64,000 nucleotides of DNA, taken from Obrimoposthia wandeli. Taxonomy: Eukaryota. The DNA is taken from the NCBI GenBank assembly GCA_977020255.1, contig CDROCS010002858.1, forward strand, positions 1 to 64,000. The letters run 5' to 3'. The notes beneath the pieces are model-generated. The model saw nothing but the letters and a program-made list of their open reading frames with translations, had not been told where the DNA came from and ran no database searches. Made by a program: the position numbers and the translations under genes. How positions within the stretch are numbered: the stretch's first letter is position 1; every line of letters starts with the position of its first letter. This document shows, one piece after another, positions 19,328-29,081 of this stretch.

Positions 19328-21382
19328 ATGAAGAAACTGCTAATAGTTGGCGCCTCGGTGCTAATGACGACAAACGTAATGGCGGCATGCCCTGCTGTCT
19401 CCGGTGCAGACGCTGGCGGAAAATACCCCCATCTTTTTGAGCGAGCTGAGTATGAGAGCGCTAAAAACTGTAAGATGGATTTTGCAGAAAATCCAATGGT
19501 TAAAGCACTGAACAAGCGTATTGCTGGTAACCCAGAGCTACTACCTCTTGCTTCTCGTATCCCAAGCGAACCTTTGGTTATTGCCCCTTATAAGTCGATC
19601 GGTAAATACGGCGGCACTTTAGATGGCATATCAAAAGCAACTGAATCAGGCACCTCAGATCTACTATCAGTTCGCCACGTTAACCTGACCCGCTATAGCG
19701 ATGATTTACAAACAATCGTTCCTAACGTAGCCAAGTCTTGGACTTGGAACGATGACTATACCCAATTGACCGTTAGCTTGCGTGAGGGCCATAAGTGGTC
19801 TGACGGCAAGCCATTTACAGCACAAGATATTATCTTCTGGTACGACAACATGTTGATGGATGTCAACATCATCAAGAAACCTAAAGATCGTTTTCTATCT
19901 GCTGGCAAGCCGATGAAAATCGAAGCTATTGACGCCACCACAGTGCGCTTTAACTTGAATGCACCTAAACCCGGTTTGGTAGCAATGTTTGCGCAAGATT
20001 ACGCACAGCCCTTTCAACCTAAGCATTTACTTGAAAAGTTTCACCCTAAGTTCAACAAAGATGCGGACAAGCTTGCGAAAGAGTTAGGCTTTGACAATGG
20101 TTATGCTGTAATAAACTTCTATTATGGTCAATCTGACTGGAAAGATGTTCCCACTCCTTTACTCAAGGACAAAGCCGCTTCAGATCGTTTAGTGGCAAAG
20201 GGTTACACAGCTGTCGCTCCTAGTTTAGAGTCATTTATAGTAATTGAAGAAAGCTTAGAGCGCCGTCGTTTAGTCGCTAACCCATACTTCTTTCAAGTGG
20301 ATACAGCAGGTAACCAGTTACCGTATATCAATGAAATTAGCGAAGTTTACATAGGCGATGAAGACATTCAGATTGCGAAGATGATTGCCGGTGAAATTGA
20401 CTACAAGTCACAAGCGGTAAGTTTACCTTCTGCACCTGTACTGTTAGAGAACAAGGCTCTGGGTAAATACTCTATTGCCTTACGACCACAAGTCAGCCAA
20501 ACCACCTACGCTTTTAACATGACAGATAAAGACTTGGAAAAGCGGGCTATCTTTAACGATATCAATTTCCGTCGTGCCATGTCAGTGGCCATTGATCGTA
20601 GTAAGATTAATGAAATTGCCTTCTTTAACTTAGGCAAACCTAACCAATATACTGCGATTGACGCAGATACTGCACCTTTCATTACTGATGAGTTAAGAAC
20701 CAGCTGGATACAGTTCGACCCAGCACTGGCGGCTAAATTACTCGACAAAGCAGGCGTGTTAGATAAAGATAATGACGGTGTACGTGAACTGCCATCAGGC
20801 AAAAAGTTTGAGCTAACATTTCAGTATGCATCTCAAGCATCTCCCACTGAATTAGTTGAAATTATCGCATCTAACTGGACCAAGGTAGGTATTAAAACCT
20901 CTATTAAAGAAATCACCAGTGATGAGTACCGTAACTCTCAAAGTGCCAATGATTTGAGCGTACTCTCTTGGACAATGGGCCGACCTTTGCCGGCTATCGC
21001 TACAAAGACTGAAGATGTTTTACCCCCTTATGGTACTTTCTTCGATCTGCGTACTGGTATGTTATGGGATCAATACAAGACCACCAACGGTGCAGAAGGT
21101 GTAGCACCTCCAGCAACAGTCGCTGAGATGGAGAAACTTGCCAACAAGTTTATCTCTCTGAAAATAGGCTCTGATGCTTCCAACAAAACCGGTTTAGAGA
21201 TGGTGAAAAGAATAGTTGATGACCTCTTCATCGTCGGAACTGTTAAAGCGGTTAGTCCGATTTACTACAGCCAAAAGCTAGGTAACTTTGAAGTCCAAAA
21301 AACTCACTCTTACGATTACTATTGGGTTTACCCTTACTTACCCACTCAATGGTATTTAGATGAGAACGGTGTTGCTCAGTAA
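19328..21382 (+). CDS. ABC transporter substrate-binding protein, family 5 (Dpp/Opp-like)
   Basis: Signal peptide MKKLLIVGASVLMTTNVMA (ATG 19328, AGGA RBS); IGKYGGTL, KWSDGKPFTAQD, VDTAGNQLPYI, FRRAMSVAIDR. Confidence 0.9.
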   Translation: MKKLLIVGASVLMTTNVMAACPAVSGADAGGKYPHLFERAEYESAKNCKMDFAENPMVKALNKRIAGNPELLPLASRIPSEPLVIAPYKSIGKYGGTLDGISKATESGTSDLLSVRHVNLTRYSDDLQTIVPNVAKSWTWNDDYTQLTVSLREGHKWSDGKPFTAQDIIFWYDNMLMDVNIIKKPKDRFLSAGKPMKIEAIDATTVRFNLNAPKPGLVAMFAQDYAQPFQPKHLLEKFHPKFNKDADKLAKELGFDNGYAVINFYYGQSDWKDVPTPLLKDKAASDRLVAKGYTAVAPSLESFIVIEESLERRRLVANPYFFQVDTAGNQLPYINEISEVYIGDEDIQIAKMIAGEIDYKSQAVSLPSAPVLLENKALGKYSIALRPQVSQTTYAFNMTDKDLEKRAIFNDINFRRAMSVAIDRSKINEIAFFNLGKPNQYTAIDADTAPFITDELRTSWIQFDPALAAKLLDKAGVLDKDNDGVRELPSGKKFELTFQYASQASPTELVEIIASNWTKVGIKTSIKEITSDEYRNSQSANDLSVLSWTMGRPLPAIATKTEDVLPPYGTFFDLRTGMLWDQYKTTNGAEGVAPPATVAEMEKLANKFISLKIGSDASNKTGLEMVKRIVDDLFIVGTVKAVSPIYYSQKLGNFEVQKTHSYDYYWVYPYLPTQWYLDENGVAQ

Positions 21383-21398
21383 CAGCTAAAATAGTTTT

Positions 21399-21425
21399 GG
21401 GGGGAGGTAAAACTCCCTCTTTTTC
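21399..21425 (+). terminator. Intrinsic terminator/stem-loop after the SBP gene
   Basis: GGGGGAG-GTAAAA-CTCCCTC followed by TTTTT. Confidence 0.65.
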
Positions 21426-21704
21426 ATACCTATTTTTCACCTATAGATAACGTCTGTTTAGCTTTAGCTAAATGTGACTTAAAATTAGTAACTCTACCTA
21501 ACAATTTGCTACCCCGAACAATGAATAATCAAATTCAATTGCGATACGTAAAATTTTAATGCGTGTTGTAAAGCTAGGTTGTGTCGGACGACTCCGATAT
21601 CGCTAGAAAACCACAATTTCTACTCTATTCTAGACATTAATAATAATTTGAGAGCTACTGCGTTGGTGCAACTGTCAACGTAAGCGGCTTCGGAGAACTG
21701 TATT

Positions 21705-22889
21705 TTGATTGCCAATTTTTTTTCTGAAACCTGGTTACTGTGGGTGCTGATTACGGTCGCTGCACTATTCTATTGGCGTGGACTAACTAGCCAATACTTC
21801 AGCTACGTACTCAACCGCTACCTACTAGCACTTACCACCCTATTGATGGTGAGCGCGATTGTGTTCTCCTTGATGGAAGTACTACCCGGCGATTGCGCAG
21901 AGAAGTATGTCGCCTACAAAAGTACCCAAGGCGAGAGCATTACACAGGCAGATATTGATGCTGAGCGAGCACGTATGGGCCTTGATAGACCACTGGTAAT
22001 ACGCTGGGCTAAATGGGTTAGTAATTTAGCGCTAAAGGGCGATTTAGGATTCAGTTGTGCCAAACGTCAATCTGTTAACTTAGCTCTGGGCGATCGCTTT
22101 TGGATGAGTTTTTGGTTTTGTATGGCCGGTTTGTTTTTTTCATACCTTATTGCTATTCCTTTCGGCATTTTATCGGCTTTCAGCATCAATAAAACTTGGA
22201 CTGATAAAAACCCACAAAATACTAAAAAAGAAAGATTCATCAACAGCATAGGGTTAAGCTTTAATAAGTTCCTTGATCTACAGCTACGAATTGTCAGCTA
22301 CTTAGGACTCGCACTCCCCAATTTCCTATTAGCACTGTTTATTATATTACTCTACGTATTTGCCGGAGAACCCGCCCCAACCGGCCTCTTCTCTGATGAA
22401 TGGCGCAACGTTCCTTGGTTCGGTGCCAACGGTTTTGAGTTTGACAAACTTTGGGATTTCTTTGGCCATGTTTGGCTACCTATTTTTGTTATTGGCTGGT
22501 CAGCAACCGCACTGCAATTACAAACGGTACGTGCGCTAGTCGTAGATGAGTCAAATAAGCTATACGTTGATGCCGCTAGAGCACGCGGAGTAGATGGCAT
22601 GGCCTTATGGGTAGGCTACCCAGTGCGCCACTCTATAAGCCCGCTATTTAACAGTGTCGGGTTCGATTTTCAGCGTGTATTTAACGATTTACCGATAGTC
22701 GCAATTGTTATCGGCTTAACTGATGCAGCAGCTCTATTAATTGAAGCATTAGCACTGACCAACGACCAAGAATTGGCGGCGGGTATTTTATTCTTAGTAG
22801 CGTTAGTGGTGATTTCAATGAATTTCGTTACCGACGTAGTATTGGCGGCAATAGATCCGCGTGTACGTATTAGCGTATTGGGGAGTTGA
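21705..22889 (+). CDS. ABC transporter permease (DppB/OppB-like)
   Basis: LPGD, MGLDRP, GDLGFS, LALPNFLLA, YVDAARARG (EAA loop). Confidence 0.88.
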   Translation: MIANFFSETWLLWVLITVAALFYWRGLTSQYFSYVLNRYLLALTTLLMVSAIVFSLMEVLPGDCAEKYVAYKSTQGESITQADIDAERARMGLDRPLVIRWAKWVSNLALKGDLGFSCAKRQSVNLALGDRFWMSFWFCMAGLFFSYLIAIPFGILSAFSINKTWTDKNPQNTKKERFINSIGLSFNKFLDLQLRIVSYLGLALPNFLLALFIILLYVFAGEPAPTGLFSDEWRNVPWFGANGFEFDKLWDFFGHVWLPIFVIGWSATALQLQTVRALVVDESNKLYVDAARARGVDGMALWVGYPVRHSISPLFNSVGFDFQRVFNDLPIVAIVIGLTDAAALLIEALALTNDQELAAGILFLVALVVISMNFVTDVVLAAIDPRVRISVLGS

Positions 22890-24139
22890 ACATGAGGATA
22901 AGCCAATTTTTAACTAAGTTTGGTCGCAAGCCAAAAGAAGAATCAACTGAGTCTTATTATACCGCAGGGCAGCTATCGCTAATCAAAGATAGATTCAAAA
23001 GTAAAATATCTGGCGTAGTCGCTGGGTGGATTCTTTTCATGCTGATTTTCATGAGCTTCTTTGCGCCGTTCTTTTCACCTTCTGACCCTACTATTAATGG
23101 TGCTGATACCGAATACAGGCGTGGGTCACCCCAATGGATTCACTTCAGTGATGACAATGGCTTTTCACTGCGTCCTTTCGCTTATACATACACCAAAGAA
23201 AAAGCTGGGTTTGATTTAAAATCGCTAGCATCGGGAGGCTTAGCGGCATTAGATGCGCTAACCTCAAGTGATGCGCTGAGTTCATCAAGTCAAAACAAGT
23301 ATATTATTGATGAAGAAAAACGACGCTATATACAATTTTTTGTAAAAGGCTGGGAATACAGCATAATCAATTTGAGCTTTAGTGATTTCGATTTAGATTT
23401 ACGCTGGGATAGACACTTAATGGGGGTAGAACAAGGGCAACTTCATTTAATGGGCACCGACGAAGACGGCAAAGATGTTTTTAGCCGCTCTTTACATGCT
23501 ATTTGGGTTACCATTAGCATCGCGGTCGTCGCGTTAATAGTGAAGCTGTTTTGCTCGTTATTAGTCGGTGGCGTCAGTGGTTATTTTGGTGGTCGGGTAG
23601 ATGCTGTCATGATGAGCTTTACGGAAGCGGTGCGCGTTATTCCTCCTATTCCGATATATCTGGCCTGCGCGGTAGCACTCGCTGAGATTGATTTGACCTC
23701 AGTGCAACGATACTTTGCCATTGCCGTAGTCATAGGTGCTTTAGACTTTGCAGCTCTAGCACGACGCTTACGCACGCACATTTTAACTGAACGTAATCAA
23801 GATTACGTACTGGCAGCGCAACTTTGCGGCTCAAGTACTTGGCGTATTATTTGGCGCCATTTAGTACCAAGTTTTGGCAGCTACATTATCGTCGACACCT
23901 TGATCAACTTCCCTTACGTTATTTTAGCGGAGACTAGCTTGAGCTTTCTAGGTTTAGGATTAACCGAGCCGGTAAACAGCTTAGGCGTGCTACTACAAAA
24001 AGCTCAAGACCCTGATATTCAGCAGAATATGATTTGGCAATTTTTTCCAGTACTTTTATTTGTACTGTTAATTATGGCTTTTGTTTTTGTTGGCGACGCA
24101 TTGCGCGATGCAGCAGATCCCTATGCGGAGAAAAACTAG
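22886..24139 (+). CDS. ABC transporter permease (DppC/OppC-like)
   Basis: LMGTDEDGKDVFSR, SGYFGG, DYVLAAQLCG, HLVP, SLSFLGLG. Confidence 0.9.
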   Translation: MNMRISQFLTKFGRKPKEESTESYYTAGQLSLIKDRFKSKISGVVAGWILFMLIFMSFFAPFFSPSDPTINGADTEYRRGSPQWIHFSDDNGFSLRPFAYTYTKEKAGFDLKSLASGGLAALDALTSSDALSSSSQNKYIIDEEKRRYIQFFVKGWEYSIINLSFSDFDLDLRWDRHLMGVEQGQLHLMGTDEDGKDVFSRSLHAIWVTISIAVVALIVKLFCSLLVGGVSGYFGGRVDAVMMSFTEAVRVIPPIPIYLACAVALAEIDLTSVQRYFAIAVVIGALDFAALARRLRTHILTERNQDYVLAAQLCGSSTWRIIWRHLVPSFGSYIIVDTLINFPYVILAETSLSFLGLGLTEPVNSLGVLLQKAQDPDIQQNMIWQFFPVLLFVLLIMAFVFVGDALRDAADPYAEKN

Positions 24140-25825
24140 ATGAGCGAATCTCAGAGCAATTTGCTCGATATAAAAAATTTAACCATCGATTTTAATACCG
24201 ACGAAGGCTTGGTCCATGCCGTTAGAGATGTCAGTTTAAATGTACGCCCAGGTGAAATAATGGGCTTGGTTGGCGAAAGTGGCTCTGGTAAATCGGTAAC
24301 CGCCAAAACGATTATGCGGCTAAACCCGAGCAATGCCATTATTCAGCACCCAAGCCAAATTAATTTTAATCATCAAGATCGTGATATCAATGTGCTAAAG
24401 CTACGCGGTAAAGATTTGAGTGTCGTGCGTGGCGGCGCGGTTTCTATGATTTTTCAAGAGCCTATGGCCAGTTTCGCGCCTGCGATTAAAATCAGTGATC
24501 AAATCATCCAAACCATGCAAATCCACTTAGGATTGGATAAAAAAGAAGCACGTAAGCGTGGCATAGAACTGTTTGAGCGTGTTGGTATCGCGATGCCAGA
24601 AAAACGCTTTGATCAATACGTGTTTGAATTATCTGGCGGTATGCGCCAGCGTGCGATGATCGCGATGGCGCTCTCAACTAAGCCCAAGCTACTTATCGCT
24701 GATGAGCCGACCACAGCTCTAGACGTTACTATTCAGGCTCAAGTGCTAGAGCTGATGTTAGAACTGCGTGAGCAATATGGTATGGCTATGTTGTTCATTA
24801 CCCACGATTTAGGTGTTATCTCTAAAATAGCTGATCGCGTCACTGTAATGCAAAAAGGCCAAGTAGTTGAAGCAGGCACCGCTCAAGAAGTACTGTTTTC
24901 GCCGCGTCACGAATACACCAAAAAACTGTTAGATGCTTTACCTCATCTTGATGATTTGCCGCCGCCTCCAACATATGTGCAACCACCATTGGTGAGTGTA
25001 GAAAACCTGTCGGTCGCTTATAAATTTTCTAGTGTAGGTCGCGGTTCTGATAAATTTATCGCAGTGAAGAACATTTCACTCGATCTACCTAAAGGCCAAA
25101 TTATTGGTTTAGTGGGCGAGAGTGGCTCAGGCAAAACTTCGTTAGGAAAAGCGATGTTAGGTGCATCCCCCATTAGCACAGGTCAAGTTACCTATCATCA
25201 AGACAAAGAAGACTTAGTGTTCGGCGCTGACAAATCCTTTCAGCGTAAAGAGCTATCCAAAATAGCTCAGTTAGTTTTTCAAGACCCTTATAGCTCGTTA
25301 AACCCTAGATTGACCGTGCGTGACATTATTGCTGAGCCATTAGAAGCAATGAAGCTCACTAGCAGTCGAGAAGAAACTGATCAGCGAATAATCGAAGTAG
25401 CACGCCAGTGTCATGTTGATGTCAGTCACTTACGCCGCTTTCCTCATGCCTTTTCTGGAGGTCAGCGCCAACGTATCAGTATTGCAAGAGCACTGGTTTG
25501 CAAACCACAGTTTATTGTTGCCGATGAATCTGTTGCTGCCTTAGATGTCTCAATTCAAGCAGAAATACTTAAGCTGCTCAAATCTCTGCGCGATGAGCTA
25601 AACCTAACAATTCTCTTTATTTCTCACGACTTAAGCGTGATTGCAAACTTATGCGATCGAGTCTGTGTTATGCGCTACGGTGAGCTTATTGAGCAAGGTT
25701 CTGTGCGTGATATTTTTCTTAATCCCCAGCAGAGCTACACCCAGCAACTTATCTCCTCTATTCCGTTATTAGAATCTAGTACAAGCCTAACAAAAAAGCC
25801 TGTGCAAGAACCTATATCGTCTTAG
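24140..25825 (+). CDS. ABC transporter ATP-binding protein with two ATPase domains (DppD-DppF fusion)
   Basis: Two Walker A motifs ([16 protein letters not shown]), signatures LSGGMRQR and FSGGQRQR. Confidence 0.93.
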   Translation: MSESQSNLLDIKNLTIDFNTDEGLVHAVRDVSLNVRPGEIMGLVGESGSGKSVTAKTIMRLNPSNAIIQHPSQINFNHQDRDINVLKLRGKDLSVVRGGAVSMIFQEPMASFAPAIKISDQIIQTMQIHLGLDKKEARKRGIELFERVGIAMPEKRFDQYVFELSGGMRQRAMIAMALSTKPKLLIADEPTTALDVTIQAQVLELMLELREQYGMAMLFITHDLGVISKIADRVTVMQKGQVVEAGTAQEVLFSPRHEYTKKLLDALPHLDDLPPPPTYVQPPLVSVENLSVAYKFSSVGRGSDKFIAVKNISLDLPKGQIIGLVGESGSGKTSLGKAMLGASPISTGQVTYHQDKEDLVFGADKSFQRKELSKIAQLVFQDPYSSLNPRLTVRDIIAEPLEAMKLTSSREETDQRIIEVARQCHVDVSHLRRFPHAFSGGQRQRISIARALVCKPQFIVADESVAALDVSIQAEILKLLKSLRDELNLTILFISHDLSVIANLCDRVCVMRYGELIEQGSVRDIFLNPQQSYTQQLISSIPLLESSTSLTKKPVQEPISS

Positions 25826-25850
25826 CATGTTAAAACGGTGATGATGCTTA

Positions 25851-26750
25851 ATGAATATAACGCTTAGTGAAATTCGCAGTTTTCACGCGCTGGTTAAGTT
25901 TGGCAGCTTTACACTCGCTGCCAAACATTTAGGTGTTAGCCAGCCTGCTATCACGGCCCAAGTACGTCGTCTTGAAGCGCGCACCAAACAAATGTTACTT
26001 GAGCGCTATCACAAAGAAGTAAAGCCAACTGAATTAGGCCTACAGTTATATAGCTTAAGCTGCGAGTACATCTATTTGGATGCCGCTGTGGATGAGCTAT
26101 TTAGTATTGAAGCACAAGTTGAAGAGTTTCAGTTACGGGTAGCCACGGCCTCCCCTATTATCTTTATGCCACTAATGGCGGCCTTTAGAAAGCATTACCC
26201 GCATGCGCGATTACAGGTTATATCAGGCACTACTGATGACTGTCGTATGGCGGTGATGAACCGCGAGGCTGATATCGGCTTATTTCCGATGTATGATGCG
26301 CCTCAAAGTATTGAAAGTATGGCTTTTCATAGCCATCATTTAGTGGCAGTACTCAACCCCAATCACCCACTGGCGGGTGCTGATTCTGTTGATATTAGCG
26401 AATTAAGCCAAGAATCTATCATCGCGCATAAACCTACAGCTTATACGCAGATGTATGCCAATAGGCTGCTAGCAGATCGAGGTTTTACACCGAATATTGA
26501 AATGGAAATGGGCATGTCTGAGCACGTATGTAATGCCGTAACGCTAGGCTTAGGTATAGGATTTAGTTTAAGCGATGATATTAGAACAGATAATAGCCGA
26601 TACAGCTTAGTTCCGATTGAAGGCGAAACAGATGTGATTGAACATGTCTCGTGGTTACGCTTACACAGTAAAAAACGCGGTATTGCAGAGTTTGTAAAGC
26701 TAGCAAAAGCACACAGCACACTCTGGTCAGAGAGTACTGAGTCCTCTTAA
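25851..26750 (+). CDS. LysR-family transcriptional regulator
   Basis: GSFTLAAKHLGVSQPAITAQVRRLE HTH and a C-terminal substrate-binding domain. Confidence 0.93.
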   Translation: MNITLSEIRSFHALVKFGSFTLAAKHLGVSQPAITAQVRRLEARTKQMLLERYHKEVKPTELGLQLYSLSCEYIYLDAAVDELFSIEAQVEEFQLRVATASPIIFMPLMAAFRKHYPHARLQVISGTTDDCRMAVMNREADIGLFPMYDAPQSIESMAFHSHHLVAVLNPNHPLAGADSVDISELSQESIIAHKPTAYTQMYANRLLADRGFTPNIEMEMGMSEHVCNAVTLGLGIGFSLSDDIRTDNSRYSLVPIEGETDVIEHVSWLRLHSKKRGIAEFVKLAKAHSTLWSESTESS

Positions 26751-26763
26751 CTGATGCATTTCA

Positions 26764-26796
26764 CCTATTGAAATAATAGTTAATATATTCAATAGG
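26764..26796. terminator. Possible bidirectional terminator
   Basis: CCTATTGAA-N15-TTCAATAGG between convergent genes. Confidence 0.4.
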
Positions 26797-26797
26797 G

Positions 26798-28813
26798 TTA
26801 TTTTTGCTTATCTAATTCATCACTTAATACTTGCTCTAACAAAGGCCTGCCCCACAGGTAGCCTTGCCCAAAGTCACAATTAATTTCTTCCATGTATTCG
26901 CTTTGCTCAATATCTTCTATACCTTCAGCGACTACTTTGAGTGACAGTGCTCCAGCCATTTTCACAATAGCATCAACTAATGAACGGTGGTCTTGGTTTT
27001 CACTAATATTTTTTATAAAGTATCGGTCTATTTTTATATAAGTAAATGGGTATTTTCGTACATAAGAAAGCGAAGAAAACCCGGTACCGAAATCATCTAT
27101 GGCGAGCTCACACCCCAAATTTCTGATTTTATATAGATTATTAAATATGACGTCATTATCTTCCATCATGCCCGACTCAGTAATCTCAACTGTAATAGCA
27201 CAGGGGGACACGTTGTTTATTTGTAAAAAGTGTAGCAAATCATCATAGAATCTTTCTTCTGCTACCTGTATCGGAGATACATTAATAGCCAGCCTAAGTT
27301 TAGGATCTAACTCATGCATTCTTGTTAGCGCTTTAAATGCCTCTTCTATGACGAATGCGCCTAATGCGGGTATTTGGCCTGTTTCTTCTGCTATAGCAAT
27401 AAACTCATCAGGATACAACGCACCTAATTTCTCGTTATCCCATCGCACTAAGGCTTCACAAGCCACTACTTTCTTATTACTCATGTTAACAATGGGCTGA
27501 TAAACCACATAAAAACCGCGCTTATTTTCAATATCGGTGCGCATTTCATTTGTTATGTTGGTTCTTCTTACCAGTGTTTGACCTAGCTCTTCGTTATAAA
27601 GACAAACACAACCACTACCTTGAGATTTCGCTTCAAACATTGCCATATCTGAGTGAGCTATTAGATCGAGCGCTTTGGTACCATCTTGCGGATATTGACA
27701 AATACCAACACTGGCTGAAATATAAACACTGCACTCTTCTATAAAATACGACTCACATATTTCATTAATGATCTGCTGGGCATAATGAAGAATATTCGCT
27801 TTTGCTGATTCATTGCGCACGATCAGTAAGAACTCATCCCCTCCTAACCTAGAAATCACATCTCCTTTAGCTTCATCTACATAGCCTTGAATACGCCTAG
27901 CGCACTCTCTAAGCAAGCTATCACCTACTTTGTGGCCATAGGTATCATTAATTTGTTTAAACTTGTCTAAATCAAGAAATAGAACAAAAAAACTATCGCC
28001 GTCTTGATCTTTTTTTATACTACTATTCAAATGATTTATAACGAATTGGCGATTAGGCACTCGTGTTAAATAGTCATGATTGGCTTGGTAAATAAGCTTC
28101 TTTTCTGTGCTTCTTTGCTCGGTAACATCTGTAAACACAGCACAAATTCCACCACCGGCTAAATAATAGCGATGTACTTGTATGACTCTACCGGTAGGGG
28201 GATACAAATCTTCAATCGCGACCATACGTCGTGTGCGAATCACATCAATATGATGCTGTGCGATGGCGCCTGGGTCTCCTGGGCCAAACACTCCCAAATT
28301 TGCAATGGCACGATAAGCATCCAACAATGAAACACCTGCTCTATTGAGCTCTGGCGGGAACACGCCCATTTTCGCATACTGTGCATTTATCTTGACCAGT
28401 ATTAGATTTTCATCATAGATCGCGATGCCTTGGTCTATAGCATCTAGCGTGACGCTGAGTATTTTCTGATACTTATCATCTTCTAGCTCTGTTGCTGTAT
28501 TACTAACATTTAATGGAAAAAATGACATGATACAGCCATTTTCTTCAGGATTTATTGACACTCTAAAATGAAAATTACTATTGACTGGAAAAGTAACCGA
28601 GCACTCAGCATAACTGCCTTTAATAGCAGTAAGTACGGGCTCTTTTAAAGTTAAATATAAATCGTCTTCCATTATATCAGCGATATTTCGCCCTAAAATA
28701 TCGCTAACACCTAGCCAAATTTTAAACGCTTCACTCGTTGCTAGTACTGTGCCCGAAGAGTCTATTGCCACTATATTTGCTGGAATATTATTTAATGGAT
28801 GATAATTTTTCAC
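26798..28813 (-). CDS. PAS-PAS-GGDEF-EAL c-di-GMP enzyme
   Basis: PAS_7-like LDAIDQGIAIYD; RLGGDEF (no RxxD I-site); CEALVRW and DDFGTGFSS. Confidence 0.92.
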   Translation of the reverse strand: MKNYHPLNNIPANIVAIDSSGTVLATSEAFKIWLGVSDILGRNIADIMEDDLYLTLKEPVLTAIKGSYAECSVTFPVNSNFHFRVSINPEENGCIMSFFPLNVSNTATELEDDKYQKILSVTLDAIDQGIAIYDENLILVKINAQYAKMGVFPPELNRAGVSLLDAYRAIANLGVFGPGDPGAIAQHHIDVIRTRRMVAIEDLYPPTGRVIQVHRYYLAGGGICAVFTDVTEQRSTEKKLIYQANHDYLTRVPNRQFVINHLNSSIKKDQDGDSFFVLFLDLDKFKQINDTYGHKVGDSLLRECARRIQGYVDEAKGDVISRLGGDEFLLIVRNESAKANILHYAQQIINEICESYFIEECSVYISASVGICQYPQDGTKALDLIAHSDMAMFEAKSQGSGCVCLYNEELGQTLVRRTNITNEMRTDIENKRGFYVVYQPIVNMSNKKVVACEALVRWDNEKLGALYPDEFIAIAEETGQIPALGAFVIEEAFKALTRMHELDPKLRLAINVSPIQVAEERFYDDLLHFLQINNVSPCAITVEITESGMMEDNDVIFNNLYKIRNLGCELAIDDFGTGFSSLSYVRKYPFTYIKIDRYFIKNISENQDHRSLVDAIVKMAGALSLKVVAEGIEDIEQSEYMEEINCDFGQGYLWGRPLLEQVLSDELDKQK

Positions 28814-29081
28814 GCACCACCTGCACCTAAATTAAGTTTCGTTGAGTCATTAAGAAACTCTTACACTTATTTTGATGACTTCGTGATAAAGAACTTTTGA
28901 TAAGAAAACACTAAGCACATCAGAAGAACTATAGGCCAGGTTTTTCAATATGCTTAGTGTTGAACAGTACATTTGAATAAATATACAAAAGAAAATGTTG
29001 TTTAAAAATAAACGATAACTGTCAGATTAATATAGATAACTTAAAATAGTTATATAAGGAAAAAGTGTTTATATATTTATT

